DNA of 63,855 nucleotides, filler included, from Octopus bimaculoides (taxonomy: Eukaryota), in the NCBI RefSeq assembly GCF_001194135.2. It is 5 parts of 4 records of this genome, joined end to end, with 100 filler letters (N's around TTAATTAATTAA, not from the genome) between each part and the next. Parts side by side here need not be neighbours in the genome. Positions count along the whole stretch, not along the records: positions 1 to 9,967 come from NC_068984.1; positions 10,068 to 20,345 come from NC_069005.1; 3 more parts are not named here. One strand, written 5' to 3'. The position numbers and the translations under genes are program-made. Positions 1 through 13,581 of the stretch are shown here, one piece after another. Numbering within the stretch: the stretch's first letter is position 1; each line of letters begins with the position of its first letter. The notes beneath the pieces were generated by a model. The model was given only the letters and a program-made list of their open reading frames with translations. It was not told the DNA's origin and did no database searches.

Positions 1-1010
1 GCTGCGTCAGACATTTTAGGTCATGTGTATGAATTTAGAAAAAGACACACAGCTTGCCAAAAAAAAAAAAAGCTGTATTTGAAAACTAGTTGCTTCAAAT
101 AATCTTGAGAATTTTTTATCACACTTATTTATTGAATCCGCTGTTAGAGGTAATGGCTGCATCGATGCAGGGTTGGGTGTTTACAGGCCCAAATCAGATT
201 AGGTGTGGTGAGCTAGGAGGTTATACACCTGGAAGAACATGATCATGGAGATTGGCATGCAACTACGCATGGAATGTTTTAGCCTTATGAGACAACGCAG
301 AGATTTGGTGGCAGATGTACGGTATTCCGCTGCGTTCTCTGTTTAACCAGGGATTCACAAATTTCTCTATCTGGAAGCAGACAGCAACAAGTTAGAAGAA
401 AGTTAGTGCCCTTGCATGAGGTGTACTCAAAGATCTCACGCACCATGTACATGGAAGTTGAATGTACATATATGTGTAATATATATATATATATATATAT
501 ATATNNNNNNNNNNNNNNNNNNNNNNNNNNNNNNNNNNNNNNNNNNNNNNNNNNNNNNNNNNNNNNNNNNNNNNNNNNNNNNNNNNNNNNNNNNNNNNNN
601 NNNNNNNNNNNNNNNNNNNNNNNNNNNNNNNNNNNNNNNNNNNNNNNNNNNNNNNNNNNNNNNNNNNNNNNNNNNNNNNNNNNNNNNNNNNNNNNNNNNN
701 NNNNNNNNNNNNNNNNNNNNNNNNNNNNNNNNNNNNNNNNNNNNNNNNNNNNNNNNNNNNNNNNNNNNNNNNNNNNNNNNNNNNNNNNNNNNNNNNNNNN
801 NNNNNNNNNNNNNNNNNNNNNNNNNNNNNNNNNNNNNNNNNNNNNNNNNNNNNNNNNNNNNNNNNNNNNNNNNNNNNNNNNNNNNNNNNNNNNNNNNNNN
901 NNNNNNNNNNNNNNNNNNNNNNNNNNNNNNNNNNNNNNNNNNNNNNNNNNNNNNNNNNNNNNNNNNNNNNNNNNNNNNNNNNNNNNNNNNNNNNNNNNNN
1001 NNNNNNNNNN

Positions 1011-1043
<33 letters not shown>

Positions 1044-1458
1044 CAGATTGAGTTATTGATTGATTGATAGAGAGATAGAAACAGGCATAGATACACACAT
1101 AGATAATATCTAAACTCTCCTTGGAGCACTAAGTGTAACACTCTAATACCTTTTATAATAGATTAGAATCTTCCTGGTTCACTGCTATCCGTATTCATTT
1201 AATCTTTACTTAAGATTTTCTTTCATTTCTTTCCAATTGACTTATCTTTGGTCTTGTCATGGTTTACAAAAGCAGAGTGCCGCAAGCCGACCATTGTTGA
1301 CACACAATTTCGTGTGTCCGTATTACACAACAGCTCCTATTTTATGAATAGACTAACCCAGAGGACAGAGATTTTTTTTCAAAAATAACATTTCAAAAGC
1401 GTATGTATGTGTGTGTGTGTACGTGCGTGTCTATCTATGTTAAAGAAGGAGTGTATGT

Positions 1459-1494
<36 letters not shown>

Positions 1495-1719
1495 GAGAGA
1501 GAGATGGAGAGAGAGACAGAGAGAGACAGAGAGAGAGTAAAAGAGAGTGTGTTAAAAGAATTTATGTAAAACTAGAAATTTAAATCANNNNNNNNNNNNN
1601 NNNNNNNNNNNNNNNNNNNNNNNNNNNNNNNNNNNNNNNNNNNNNNNNNNNNNNNNNNNNNNNNNNNNNNNNNNNNNNNNNNNNNNNNNNNNNNNNNNNN
1701 NNNNNNNNNNNNNNNNNNN

Positions 1720-1756
<37 letters not shown>

Positions 1757-2079
1757 AACATGTATATATATATACACGCATATATAGCACATGGGTATGG
1801 AGAATACATACATACAAACGGACACACATGCAAACACATATATATATATATACATACACGCATACATGCATATGCGTATGCGCACGCACACTGACGCACG
1901 CGCATGCGCAAAGCAAACACACAAAAAAGGAAAGATAGGAGTTCCGATAACGGACAAATTCTGTTGAAAATGTTGCAAGATCCAGCGATAAGTTTCGTAA
2001 AAATAAGGAAATCAGTGAAACTGCACCGGTGATTTAAATTTATAAGGCTCTAAAAGAGAATGACTCTCCACCGACACAA

Positions 2080-2134
<55 letters not shown>

Positions 2135-2158
2135 NNNNNNNNNNNNNNNNNNNNNNNN

Positions 2159-2191
<33 letters not shown>

Positions 2192-3251
2192 TAGAAGCTG
2201 ATAATGCAATATACACCCACCCACATATATATATTGATATTTAAAATATCGTATGGTATACTCCTGGTAGTTTGCCGGGAAAGCACGTTCACTGGGTATT
2301 TGATTAATGACTTAATGACAGAAAGAGAATATGGAAGGTACGAGAATCTTCATTGCGACCGATCGATGCTAGATAAGTCGAAACAATTGTAGTGATCAAT
2401 AAAGATTCTCGTGTCTTCCATCATCCGTTTGCCTTCTCTTGCAGACGAGGTGTCCAGCACTGAAGAAGGCCAGTAATAGTCCAAAACTTGCTGGTCTGCT
2501 GGTACTGCCGCTAGAAGGTCGTAGGGGTTCGCTCCCCTGCTCGCAATATATTGGATGCAAGTTGCATCGTCAACCAGCTAGAGGAAGTGTCTTCTAGAGG
2601 TTAAAAAATCGTAGTTTGTTCAAACAGAACAACCATGTTAAAGTGGCGACAGACATTACTTACCAGTACAGTTACTGCGTTCATCTCTTACGGAGATTTT
2701 GTAACTAGATTCTTTGTTTGTATGGACGATCTAGCGAGTCGCTAATGTGTGTAACTTTTGTATACACGTTGGCGATTCGCTAAATCATCCATAAATTTTT
2801 ATAGAAAATACATATATGCTTATTCTCGGAAATAGCCGAACGAACGGTTCCTACTGAACAGGCTACGGAAATAACCGAAAATGAACGTTCAGTATAGGGA
2901 ATTCTCGAAATGGTGTTCCTGGATGATTGCAGCCCCTGTGACAGTATGTTCTTTCACTACAGCATTAGAGCATTGTAGCTATTATTTCTAGCAGTGTAGG
3001 TCTCTCTCTCTATATATATATTGACGCCCTTATAAATAAGGATTAGATCGTTATTTAAAATACCGATCATATCAAGTGGCTGGCATGGGAATAAAAACCT
3101 CATAGGTAATAATTATTATTAAAATCATAATTAAGGGTATCTAAAAGATACCAAGTATGCTATATATGGAATTATCCAATAATTTTTTGCTAGTTTATTT
3201 TGTCTCTTTGTCTTCTCCCTTGGTCCTGTATGAATATTTGANNNNNNNNNN

Positions 3252-3307
<56 letters not shown>

Positions 3308-3713
3308 CACACACATATATACATACATACGTGAATACATGCATAGATACATGCTCATAGTTTCTTATATACGCCCGACTACTAAACATAAGCTCCTGTT
3401 TGATATACCTACCTATTTGTATTTGATAGTCTATCTACATATTTACCGATATATCTAGCCATCGATCAACATGTCTTGCTACTTATCCCACTCACTTGTG
3501 TCTATCTCATTGACATTGTAACTATTTATCAGTTCATTATTCAGCAAAAACACACACACACACACACTGTTTCTTCCTCACACTCTCTCTCTCACACACA
3601 CCCTCTGTTTCATACTCACTCTCTATCTTCCTCACTCTGCCCCTCTCTCTCCTTNNNNNNNNNNCATACTCACTCTCTATCTTCCTCACTCTGCCCCTCT
3701 CTCTCCTTCTCCC

Positions 3714-3755
<42 letters not shown>

Positions 3756-4702
3756 AGTAGGCATACATTCGTGCGTGCTTATTCATACACATACACATGC
3801 ACAATCAAAATGGTTTCCTGTCCTCTGGGTCAGTTTATTCATGAAATAAGAGGTGCTGCATAATACGGACATTGAGAAATTGTGTGTCAACAATGATCAG
3901 CTCGAGGCATGCTGGTTGTGTAAAACATGACAAGACCAAAGATAAGTCAATTGGAATGGAATGAAAGAAAATCTTAAGTAAAGATTAAATGAATACGAAT
4001 AGCAGTGAACCAGGAGGATTCTAATCTATTATAAAAGGTATAAGAATGTTACAGTCAGTGCAACAGGGTTTCAAGAATCATGTATGTCTATCGATGGCTA
4101 TCGATGTCTATCTACCACTCTCTCTTTTCCTTCAGCTCCTTCTTTCTATCTGTGTCTTTCTCTATGCACACACACACATATGCACACACACACACACCCT
4201 CACACACGTACACACGCATATTTCCGTGTGATTGCACAAAAGATCAAGATGTAATCTGTGGGAGTGCGTGTTCGTATGGGGGTCTTTGTAAATGTTTAGT
4301 TATTAGTTGAACTGAAAACATGAAGTTTTCATGGGAGCATGTGTAATGGATGTACGCATATATACATATACGTGTGTGTGTGTGTGTGTATACATATATA
4401 TATCCATATACATACACTTTTACGCAAATTCAAATGTGTATAACTATAAAGATATACGTATGCATATATAATGTATGTGTCCCTATACACACACAAACAT
4501 ATATATATAGTGAGAAAGAGAGAGAGACACACACATACATATGTGTGTGTGTGTGTGTGTGTATTTGTGTGTGCTTGCGCAAAATTTAGGGTTTGTGAAT
4601 ATAATTTGTTAAATTTCTCTACTATTCATTACATTGTAACAATCTCTTTCTCTGTTTGTCTGTCTCTCTGTCATTCACTCTCTATCTTTTTCAATCTCTC
4701 TT

Positions 4703-4820
<118 letters not shown>

Positions 4821-5455
4821 TAGATAGATATATAGATAGATAGATAGATAGATACGAGTCTATATCAACCATATTTATATAAGGCTGCGCATACATAAAC
4901 TTATGTATTAAACGCGCTCATAATCTTATGTTCGGCCATGAGATAACAAGTGCCAATGTGCAATATTCAAACATACACATATATACACACGCGCTCTTTC
5001 ATACATAGACAAATAAGAAGTGTTTATCAATTTAGAACACTAATCGACAGGCGTCATTAATACACTTCAGTAATCCAACAGAACGTTATTTATCTAGAAA
5101 TTTAATAACATATCCATCGCCTCTCTTCACGAGGGCAATGTATTTGCTATAACGCTAATCTGTAACAAACGGCACTGAATTAAAATTGATTTGTAAATAC
5201 TATCTATCTTTAACAATTATAATCCATCATCCACGAAACACACGTCTTGAAATAATCAATAGATGCCATCTAAAACATACCTCTATTCAATAATCTCTAT
5301 TAATAAATAATAAACGATATCATCCTCTTCAATTGGCAGATATTTCTTGCTAGTTTCTCTCAATGTTTAAAGATTTCCAGGACTAATACACAAGTATTTC
5401 CTTTCAGAATATCGAGAAATATATATACACAACTTTCTCTCAAGATATATATATG

Positions 5456-5497
<42 letters not shown>

Positions 5498-6041
5498 CAT
5501 ATTTATANNNNNNNNNNNNNNNNNNNNNNNNNNNNNNNNNNNNNNNNNNNNNNNNNNNNNNNNNNNNNNNNNNNNNNNNNNNNNNNNNNNNNNNNNNNNN
5601 NNNNNNNNNNNNNNNNNNNNNNNNNNNNNNNNNNNNNNNNNNNNNNNNNNNNNNNNNNNNNNNNNNNNNNNNNNNNNNNNNNNNNNNNNNNNNNNNNNNN
5701 NNNNNNNNNNNNNNNNNNNNNNNNNNNNNNNNNNNNNNNNNNNNNNNNNNNNNNNNNNNNNNNNNNNNNNNNNNNNNNNNNNNNNNNNNNNNNNNNNNNN
5801 NNNNNNNNNNNNNNNNNNNNNNNNNNNNNNNNNNNNNNNNNNNNNNNNNNNNNNNNNNNNNNNNNNNNNNNATATATATATATATATATACATGTATAGT
5901 TATACATATATATATATATGTGTACATATATATATGCGTGTATGTATGTAGCCACGTATATATGTATGTATATATATCTATGAATATATACGTATATGTA
6001 TATGAATATATTTGTGTGTGTGTATGTGTATAAGTGTGTGT

Positions 6042-6077
<36 letters not shown>

Positions 6078-6827
6078 ATGCGAGTATGTGTGTGTGTGTG
6101 TGCGAGTATGTGTGTGTGTATGCATGTACGTATTCTACGGGCTTCTGTTCACTGCAGGAGCAAATAAAAGCTAATTATGTGAACCCATTAAATCCTGTTC
6201 TCGACCGAATTCAAAGTCGTTGTGTTTATTGCATCAATTAGACCAACCTTCCGCAAAAACCACCACCTCCACCACCGCCACCAGCACCTCCACTACCACC
6301 ACGACCNNNNNNNNNNNNNNNNNNNNNNNNNNNNNNNNNNNNNNNNNNNNNNNNNNNNNNNNNNNNNNNNNNNNNNNNNNNNNNNNNNNNNNNNNNNNNN
6401 NNNNNNNNNNNNNNNNNNNNNNNNNNNNNNNNNNNNNNNNNNNNNNNNNNNNNNNNNNNNNNNNNNNNNNNNNNNNNNNNNNNNNNNNNNNNNNNNNNNN
6501 NNNNNNNNNNNNNNNNNNNNNNNNNNNNNNNNNNNNNNNNNNNNNNNNNNNNNNNNNNNNNNNNNNNNNNNNNNNNNNNNNNNNNNNNNNNNNNNNNNNN
6601 NNNNNNNNNNNNNNNNNNNNNNNNNNNNNNNNNNNNNNNNNNNNNNNNNNNNNNNNNNNNNNNNNNNNNNNNNNNNNNNNNNNNNNNNNNNNNNNNNNNN
6701 NNNNNNNNNNNNNNNNNNNNNNNNNNNNNNNNNNNNNNNNNNNNNNNNNNNNNNNNNNNNNNNNNNNNNNNNNNNNNNNNNNNNNNNNNNNNNNNNNNNN
6801 NNNNNNNNNNNNNNNNNNNNNNNNNNN

Positions 6828-6868
<41 letters not shown>

Positions 6869-7110
6869 CATGTGTAAATATACGCACAAATATATGTAGA
6901 TAGATGCATATACATGTATGTGTGTATATATTCATCTACGTATGTATGCATCAATGTGTGTGTGCGTATGCACGTATGTATATATGTATGGATGTCAGCG
7001 TATGTGTGTATATATGCATGCATGTATGTATGCATATGTATCTATATAGATATATATGTATGTATATGTATATGTATATATCTCTATATGTACATGTGTG
7101 TGTATGTACG

Positions 7111-7144
<34 letters not shown>

Positions 7145-8332
7145 TACGCATACAGAAACAGAGGACTATGATTGATTATAGAGGGGAAACTTTTGAAGCG
7201 TGCGTATGTTACTCTCTATATGAAAGTTTGTATGCGTATACATGTATGTGTTTGCGTGTGCGCGCGTGCGTGTGTGTGTGTGTGTCTGTGTCTGTGTGTG
7301 TGTGTATGCATGTGCGTGTGTGAGTGTGTGTGTGTGTATGTGCGCGCATGTTTATGTGTACGTGTGCGTATATGTGTGTGCTTGTGTACGATTATTGTGT
7401 CTGGTCTAAACGTCTCCTTTTGATATTGTGAAAACACAAATAATAGACTTGAAAAAATAATCAATTTTCTTCTGCGATGTCTTCATCATCTACTCTTGTC
7501 ATATTTCTAAACCTTTCATATTATTTCGTTATTTATTCGTCAATACATATTATCTTTTCTATTTACTCAATCAGTATATATTTAATATATTTACTTGGTT
7601 CGTATCCTCAGTACATCGCACTTTATTCTTTATGTGTGTGGGTGTAAGTTTGTGTATACATATATGTGGAGAGTGTCAGAATGAGAGAGAGAGAGAGAGC
7701 GATCGGGAACAATAGGTAAATACGTTGATAATCAAATACATATAAATATATAAATACGCATATATCTATATTATACACATCTAGCACGCTTACCCTTGCA
7801 CATATGTGTAAATATACTCACAGATATATGTGCACCCAAATAATAATATATATATTCATAATACATACATACATACAAACATATATGTATGTATATCCAT
7901 GCAAGTGGATAATGTAGTCCCAAGGCAAGCTACATGTGAAGATAATAAGTATTATGCTCGTGGCTGGAAGGCTCTTAAACATACGTTTACTTGAGCAGTA
8001 TGGAATGGGAACTAAATGACAAAAATGTATCTTAGATCGAACCATTGACACAGCCTCTACTTTTTTCTCTTGGAACAATCCTGTATTGCAAGGCTTGCAG
8101 ATCGGGAGCGCTCCGGTTATTATTTAATATATTTTGTCGCTTGACATTTATCTTCTACTTGGTTCAATCATTTGATAGCACCCATGCTGGGATATTGCGT
8201 TGAAGAGTTTTGGTCGAACAGATTGACCCCGTTATCCAAACAAACCAACACCGGTCGTCAAGCGATGGAGGGAGTACAAACACAGACGCCACTACACCCA
8301 CACATACATTCATGTATATACATATATATACA

Positions 8333-8467
<135 letters not shown>

Positions 8468-9658
8468 NNNNNNNNNNNNNNNNNNNNNNNNNNNNNNNNN
8501 NNNNNNNNNNNNNNNNNNNNNNNNNNNNNNNNNNNNNNNNNNNNNNNNNNNNNNNNNNNNNNNNNNNNNNNNNNNNNNNNNNNNNNNNNNNNNNNNNNNN
8601 NNNNNNNNNNNNNNNNGTGTTTATATGTTAATCTTGGCTTTTCAGCTGATGATAGCTGGCCTTCCAAAATATTTTATTTCATTTTGCTAAATATAGCTTG
8701 AAACCATTGGTTCGGAAAATAGATGGTAAATGTTTTTATTTTTCATTCCCTTTCGAAATTATCCTAATGTGGTGTGGAGTTTTGACTGCTCCTTCTAGCG
8801 GGTTAGATGTCCTATTATGGACATCTCTGATGTGTTTAAATGTACACTGTGTATATATATATCAAACCAAGGAAAAGACCATTTCCTTGAAAGGGATGGA
8901 AGACATCCATTTGTCACTGGTACTTCAATTGAATACCATAAATATATGTTATAATTAAAATAAACAAATATTAAATGTAACAGAGAACTACAATTGACAT
9001 ATTAAAGATGTATTTATATCATAATATAATATAATTATACTATAAAAATATATAATATAATATAGCAAAAATTTAAACAAATATAAATCCAGCAACTACT
9101 TTCGACTCAAATCAACTGGTGAATTATAAATATGAGTCTCCTAAGGGTAATATTTGCTAAAAAAAATATATATATATATGCAAGGACTACAAAATCATAA
9201 TAGAGACTGATTTAAAATATACCTATGTTTACAAGCGTGAGCGTTAATAATTCAAAAATATAATAAATATAATGAAAACAAAAACAAAATCCAGATTTAT
9301 AAAATAATTAAGTAAAGAAAAATTACAACGGTCATAAAACATTCTTATGTATCTCCAATTTAATTGAAAATAATCACTGCCCATTGTATTATATAATAAA
9401 ATCCATGTACGTTGAGAATATATGGTGGAATAGGAATATATTTTATTTAAAATTATTATATACTATTTTTAAACAATTTCTTAATTGTTGGATTTATATT
9501 TGTTTTAATTATTTGTTATATTATATCTTTTTTATAGTAAAATTATACTATAATGTAAAAATATTTTTAATATGTCAATTTAATTTCTCGATTTCCTTTA
9601 ATATTTGTATACAGTAATACCTCGGTTTTCGAACAAACTCTAATCGAGAATAGATCGT

Positions 9659-9710
<52 letters not shown>

Positions 9711-9711
<1 letters not shown>

Positions 9712-9967
9712 GACCAGATATAGTTGTCAAAGATCATGAAGAAAAAAATGCTTTCTAATTGATGTATCAATACCAGCAGATGACAACGTTTCTCTAAAAG
9801 AAATGGAAAAAACTTTCAAAATACAAAGACCTGGAAATAGAGATAACTCGAATGTGGAATCTAAAAACAGAAACAATTCCTATCATAGTAGGTGCCTTAG
9901 GTATAATAAAAAAATATTCAGACAAATACATAACAAAAATACCAGGACTTACAAATATATATAACAT
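9711..9967 (+). mobile_element. R4/Dong-type non-LTR retrotransposon, subfamily C, 5'-truncated 3' fragment (restriction-like endonuclease)
   Basis: With frameshifts it reads [63 protein letters not shown], the PD..D..K..KY RLE motif. Starts directly after (TAA)n at 9665-9711 and runs into a gap. Confidence 0.85.
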
Positions 9968-10067
9968 NNNNNNNNNNNNNNNNNNNNNNNNNNNNNNNNN
10001 NNNNNNNNNNNTTAATTAATTAANNNNNNNNNNNNNNNNNNNNNNNNNNNNNNNNNNNNNNNNNNNN
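9968..10067. other. Synthetic scaffold join: 44 N + TTAATTAATTAA + 44 N (also 20346-20445, 48150-48249, 57013-57112)
   Basis: Identical 100-bp geometry four times; the 12-mer has stops in all six frames. Confidence 0.92.
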
Positions 10068-10730
10068 GCTAAGCCATTCCTTACGCTGCTTCATATTGAT
10101 GTACAGGCACCATGTTTTGTTTCGGTAAAGAAATCGTTGCTTGTGTCCATGAGTTGAGCGGTGACGAGCAAGCAAACCAGCAGAGATTGTGGCTCGTTGA
10201 TTTTTGTTGTTGTCACTTAAAGCATGCAGAACCCATGCTCCATACTTCTGAACCTTTCCCATCGAGTGAAGATGCTTCTCTATAGCAGTGTGGAAACATT
10301 CCATTTTCTCTGCCAGTTCCCTTGTCATTTGAGAATTTTCGTGCAAAAGTTGGTTTAATCGCTCTTCATCGAATTCAACAGGGGGGCCAGAACAAGGTGC
10401 GTCTTTGAGGTCAAAATTTCCATTTTTGAACTTGGCATGCCAGACACGAGGGGTTCTTTCATCTATGGCACCCTCTCCATATACAGCACAAATGTTGCGA
10501 GCAGCTTTTCTGACCTTAGAACCTTGATTAAAAGCAAAACGAAGGAGGTGTCGAAAATGCTCGTTTTTCTTGGCATTCCATTTTAATGATCCGAAAATAA
10601 ACAAAAATTAACTGAAATTAACTAGAAAAAAACAAAAAATATATTCAAAAATGATTCAAAAATAGAATTCCCGAAGAAAATAGATTCCAAAATTTAAAAA
10701 AACGGTCGGAACTTAGTTGCCAATCCAATA
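10068..10730 (-). mobile_element. Mariner (Mos1-like) transposon, 5' half with left TIR, degenerate
   Basis: ORF 10020..10604(-) has a mariner HTH region (HFRHLLRFAFNQG..AARNICAVYGEGAI..W..KFKNGNFDLKD.P.SG.P) and WVLHAL (=WVPHEL). TIR-like TATTGGATTGGCAACTAAGTTCCGACCG at 10703-10730 ends in TA. Confidence 0.9.
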
Positions 10731-10744
10731 TGTACATATGTATG

Positions 10745-11093
10745 GTTGGCACTCCGTCGGTTACGACGACGAGGGTTGATCCCATCAACGGAACAGCTTG
10801 CTCGTGAAATTAACGTGCAAGTGGCTGAGCACTCCACAGATACGTGTATCCTTAATGTAGTTCTCGGGGAGATTCAGCGTGACACAGAGTGTGACAAGGC
10901 TGGCCCTTTGAAATACAGGTGCAGCAGAAACAGGAAGAAAGAGTGACAGAAAGTTGCGGTGAAAGAGTACAGCAGGGTTTGCCACCATCCCCTGCCAGAG
11001 CCCTGTGAAGCTTTAGGTGTTTTCGCTCAATAAACACTCACAATGTTTTCGCTCAATAAACACTCACAATGCCCTGTCTGGGAATCGAAACTG
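10745..11093 (-). mobile_element. SINE-like interspersed repeat, with internal 26-bp tandem duplication
   Basis: Minus strand starts at the gap with a B-box-like GTTTCGATTCCC and has no ORF. Exact duplication of TGTTTTCGCTCAATAAACACTCACAA at 11018-11043 and 11044-11069. Family assignment is from memory only. Confidence 0.55.
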
Positions 11094-11193
11094 NNNNNNN
11101 NNNNNNNNNNNNNNNNNNNNNNNNNNNNNNNNNNNNNNNNNNNNNNNNNNNNNNNNNNNNNNNNNNNNNNNNNNNNNNNNNNNNNNNNNNNNN

Positions 11194-11830
11194 TAATGGT
11201 GTCAAGAAGACCCAAAGGTGTCAGGTAATGCTGAGTAAGTGCTTTGGACTAACCCCTCTCTCTGCTCTTCACTTAGGCTCTGGCACAACATACCTTAGAC
11301 TTTTTTACTCATTACCCTCTCATCTCTTTACACCCTCATCTCTTCTCTCTCTCTTTCTCACCCTCACCTTCTATCATTTTATCCTGACTGACCACTAGCC
11401 AGCACACATTCTGTCTCTTCATTTCTTTATTATCTCTCTTCCCCATTTTTTCTGTCTTCCTTTTTTCCTTTTTCCTTCTCTCTTCTTGTTTTGATTTGCC
11501 CTTACACACACCTTCATCGAATAACGACTTTTTCAAGACTCTATGCTTGGAATGACCAATTATAAGCAACATTGGAACCCACACACAAGATACAGGAAAC
11601 TTATATATACACTATTCTGCTCAAATAATGGAACTGCAAATACAATATCCTTACGTATCTCACGTCTGTTTTCCTTCCTTCCCTTCACTCTGTATTTCAT
11701 ATCTTATCTATAATAACTATTGCTTAACCATTTTCTCGCACCGTCTCTGATGAAGGGATGTATAAAATATCCCGAAAACAGCTGTAAGACCTTCACTTTA
11801 TTAATGTTCTGAAATCTTGCATAGCCTTGG
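11194..11830 (+). mobile_element. Penelope-like element 3' region / pseudo-LTR
   Basis: Pyrimidine-rich tract followed by the typical PLE terminal motif CTGATGAAGGG..CCCGAAAACAGCTGTAAGAC. Confidence 0.6.
11743..11790 (+). ncRNA. Minimal type I hammerhead ribozyme-like motif (Penelope-associated)
   Basis: Stem I GTCT/AGAC; core CTGATGA(A); stem II GGGAT/ATCCC; GAAA(A); palindromic stem III ACAGCTGT; GTA cleavage triplet. Confidence 0.65.
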
Positions 11831-11851
11831 ATTTTTTTATCTCATTCTGTT

Positions 11852-11955
<104 letters not shown>

Positions 11956-12084
11956 AAGTAAACGCTATTTGCCAACATAATGTGGTTGTCTTGGTAGGGA
12001 TGATTGTTACTGTTGTTTAGCCCCAGGAAATATCGTTTCCAGCTGGCTATGCGACTCGATATCTATGTCCCTACATTTTCGAAC

Positions 12085-12768
12085 AGGGAGTCCTGCACTT
12101 CCATCCAGCACAAAACAACATCTCTGGACAACTGCCTCTAAAGTGACTGCAGAGTTGATTCAACATCTGACTCGCCCAGTTTCGACCAAAACTGTTCGCC
12201 GTGACCTCAAGAAAACCGAATATCATGGAAGAGCCGCCATGAGGAAACCTCTGCTTTCTCATCAAAACATTCAGAAAAGGCTGAACTGGTGTGGAGATCA
12301 CAAGTAATATTCTCCGACGAGTCCAGTTTTTCTCTTTTCCCCACTGCAGGGCGAGTTTATGTGAGGAGCCAGCTCAGGGAAGCTTTTAATCCTGACTGCC
12401 TTCTTCCTACAGTGAAGCACAGAGGAGGGTCTGTGATAGTTTGGGCTGTCATTTCTTGGAATTCTCTTGGTTCAATTGTTGTCCTGCCTTGTAGGATCAA
12501 GAGCAATGATTATCTGAATATTTTTGGAAATCAAGTCCTTCTCATGATCCAGACATTATTCCCTGATGGTAAGTGCAGCTTCCAAGGTGACAATGCTCCA
12601 ATACACACGTGTCGTGGTTAAGAATTGGTATGAAGAGCGTAGTAGTGAGCTACAACACATGGAGCGGCCCCTCAATCTCCAGATCATCTGAGCATTTGTG
12701 GTGCATCTTGGAGCGACAAGTTAGAAGTCGTTTCCCTCCACCGTTGTGTCTGCAACAGCTGGAGTCAG
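12085..12768 (+). mobile_element. Tc1-family transposase pseudogene
   Basis: Fragments VSTKTVRRDLKKTEYHGRAAMRKPLLS..R..WC / VIFSDESSF / PTVKHRGGSVIVWAVIS / FQGDNAPIH / IEHLWCILERQV match Tc1 DD34E motifs, with frameshifts. Confidence 0.9.
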
Positions 12769-12769
12769 A

Positions 12770-12960
12770 TATAGAGGTCAATAATTCTCTTATGTTCTTA
12801 TTCCGTCGAAAGGCTACAATGAGCGGCTGAGGAAATATCTGTTTGAAACTGGGATATTTTTTCGCTACATGTTGGTAACTTTCATGCAACACTTTTGAAA
12901 TGCCAGCGAAACGTCGGTGCTAGTTAATCACTAAAGGAATTCTGTAATCTGTTGTATTTT
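12770..12960 (-). mobile_element. Penelope-like element fragment (RT to GIY-YIG linker)
   Basis: KYPSFKQIFPQPLIVAFRRNKNIRELL matches the PLE linker motif F..P.+A+RR..N+++.L. Confidence 0.7.
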
Positions 12961-13581
12961 GTTTGCTAAGATTAGGCGTGTAGGTTTGACTATCTTTGCT
13001 AATCTTAGCTATTTCACTTGCTATTTCCTTTAAACGTGATTCACTGTAACCTCATTTGACATAATGACATACAAAAGCATTTGCATGTTTCCGNNNNNNN
13101 NNNNNNNNNNNNNNNNNNNNNNNNNNNNNNNNNNNNNNNNNNNNNNNNNNNNNNNNNNNNNNNNNNNNNNNNNNNNNNNNNNNNNNNNNNNNNNNNNNNN
13201 NNNNNNNNNNNNNNNNNNNNNNNNNNNNNNNNNNNNNNNNNNNNNNNNNNNNNNNNNNNNNNNNNNNNNNNNNNNNNNNNNNNNNNNNNNNNNNNNNNNN
13301 NNNNNNNNNNNNNNNNNNNNNNNNNNNNNNNNNNNNNNNNNNNNNNNNNNNNNNNNNNNNNNNNNNNNNNNNNNNNNNNNNNNNNNNNNNNNNNNNNNNN
13401 NNNNNNNNNNNNNNNNNNNNNNNNNNNNNNNNNNNNNNNNNNNNNNNNNNNNNNNNNNNNNNNNNNNNNNNNNNNNNNNNNNNNNNNNNNNNNNNNNNNN
13501 NNNNNNNNNNNNNNNNNNNNNNNNNNNNNNNNNNNNNNNNNNNNNNNNNNNNNNNNNNNNNNNNNNNNNNNNNNNNNNNNN

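Noticed and set aside
3611-3708. 44-bp direct repeat CATACTCACTCTCTATCTTCCTCACTCTGCCCCTCTCTCTCCTT
   Set aside because: The two copies flank a 10-N gap; most likely an unmerged contig overlap.
6120-6240. Possible small exon (acceptor-like CTGCAG on both strands; [20 protein letters not shown])
   Set aside because: Donor sites are weak on both strands and the strand is ambiguous.
10012-10023. TTAATTAATTAA motif recurring four times (10012, 20390, 48194, 57057)
   Set aside because: Always centred between exactly 44 N on each side, so it is a synthetic scaffolding spacer. Adjacency across these joins is uncertain.
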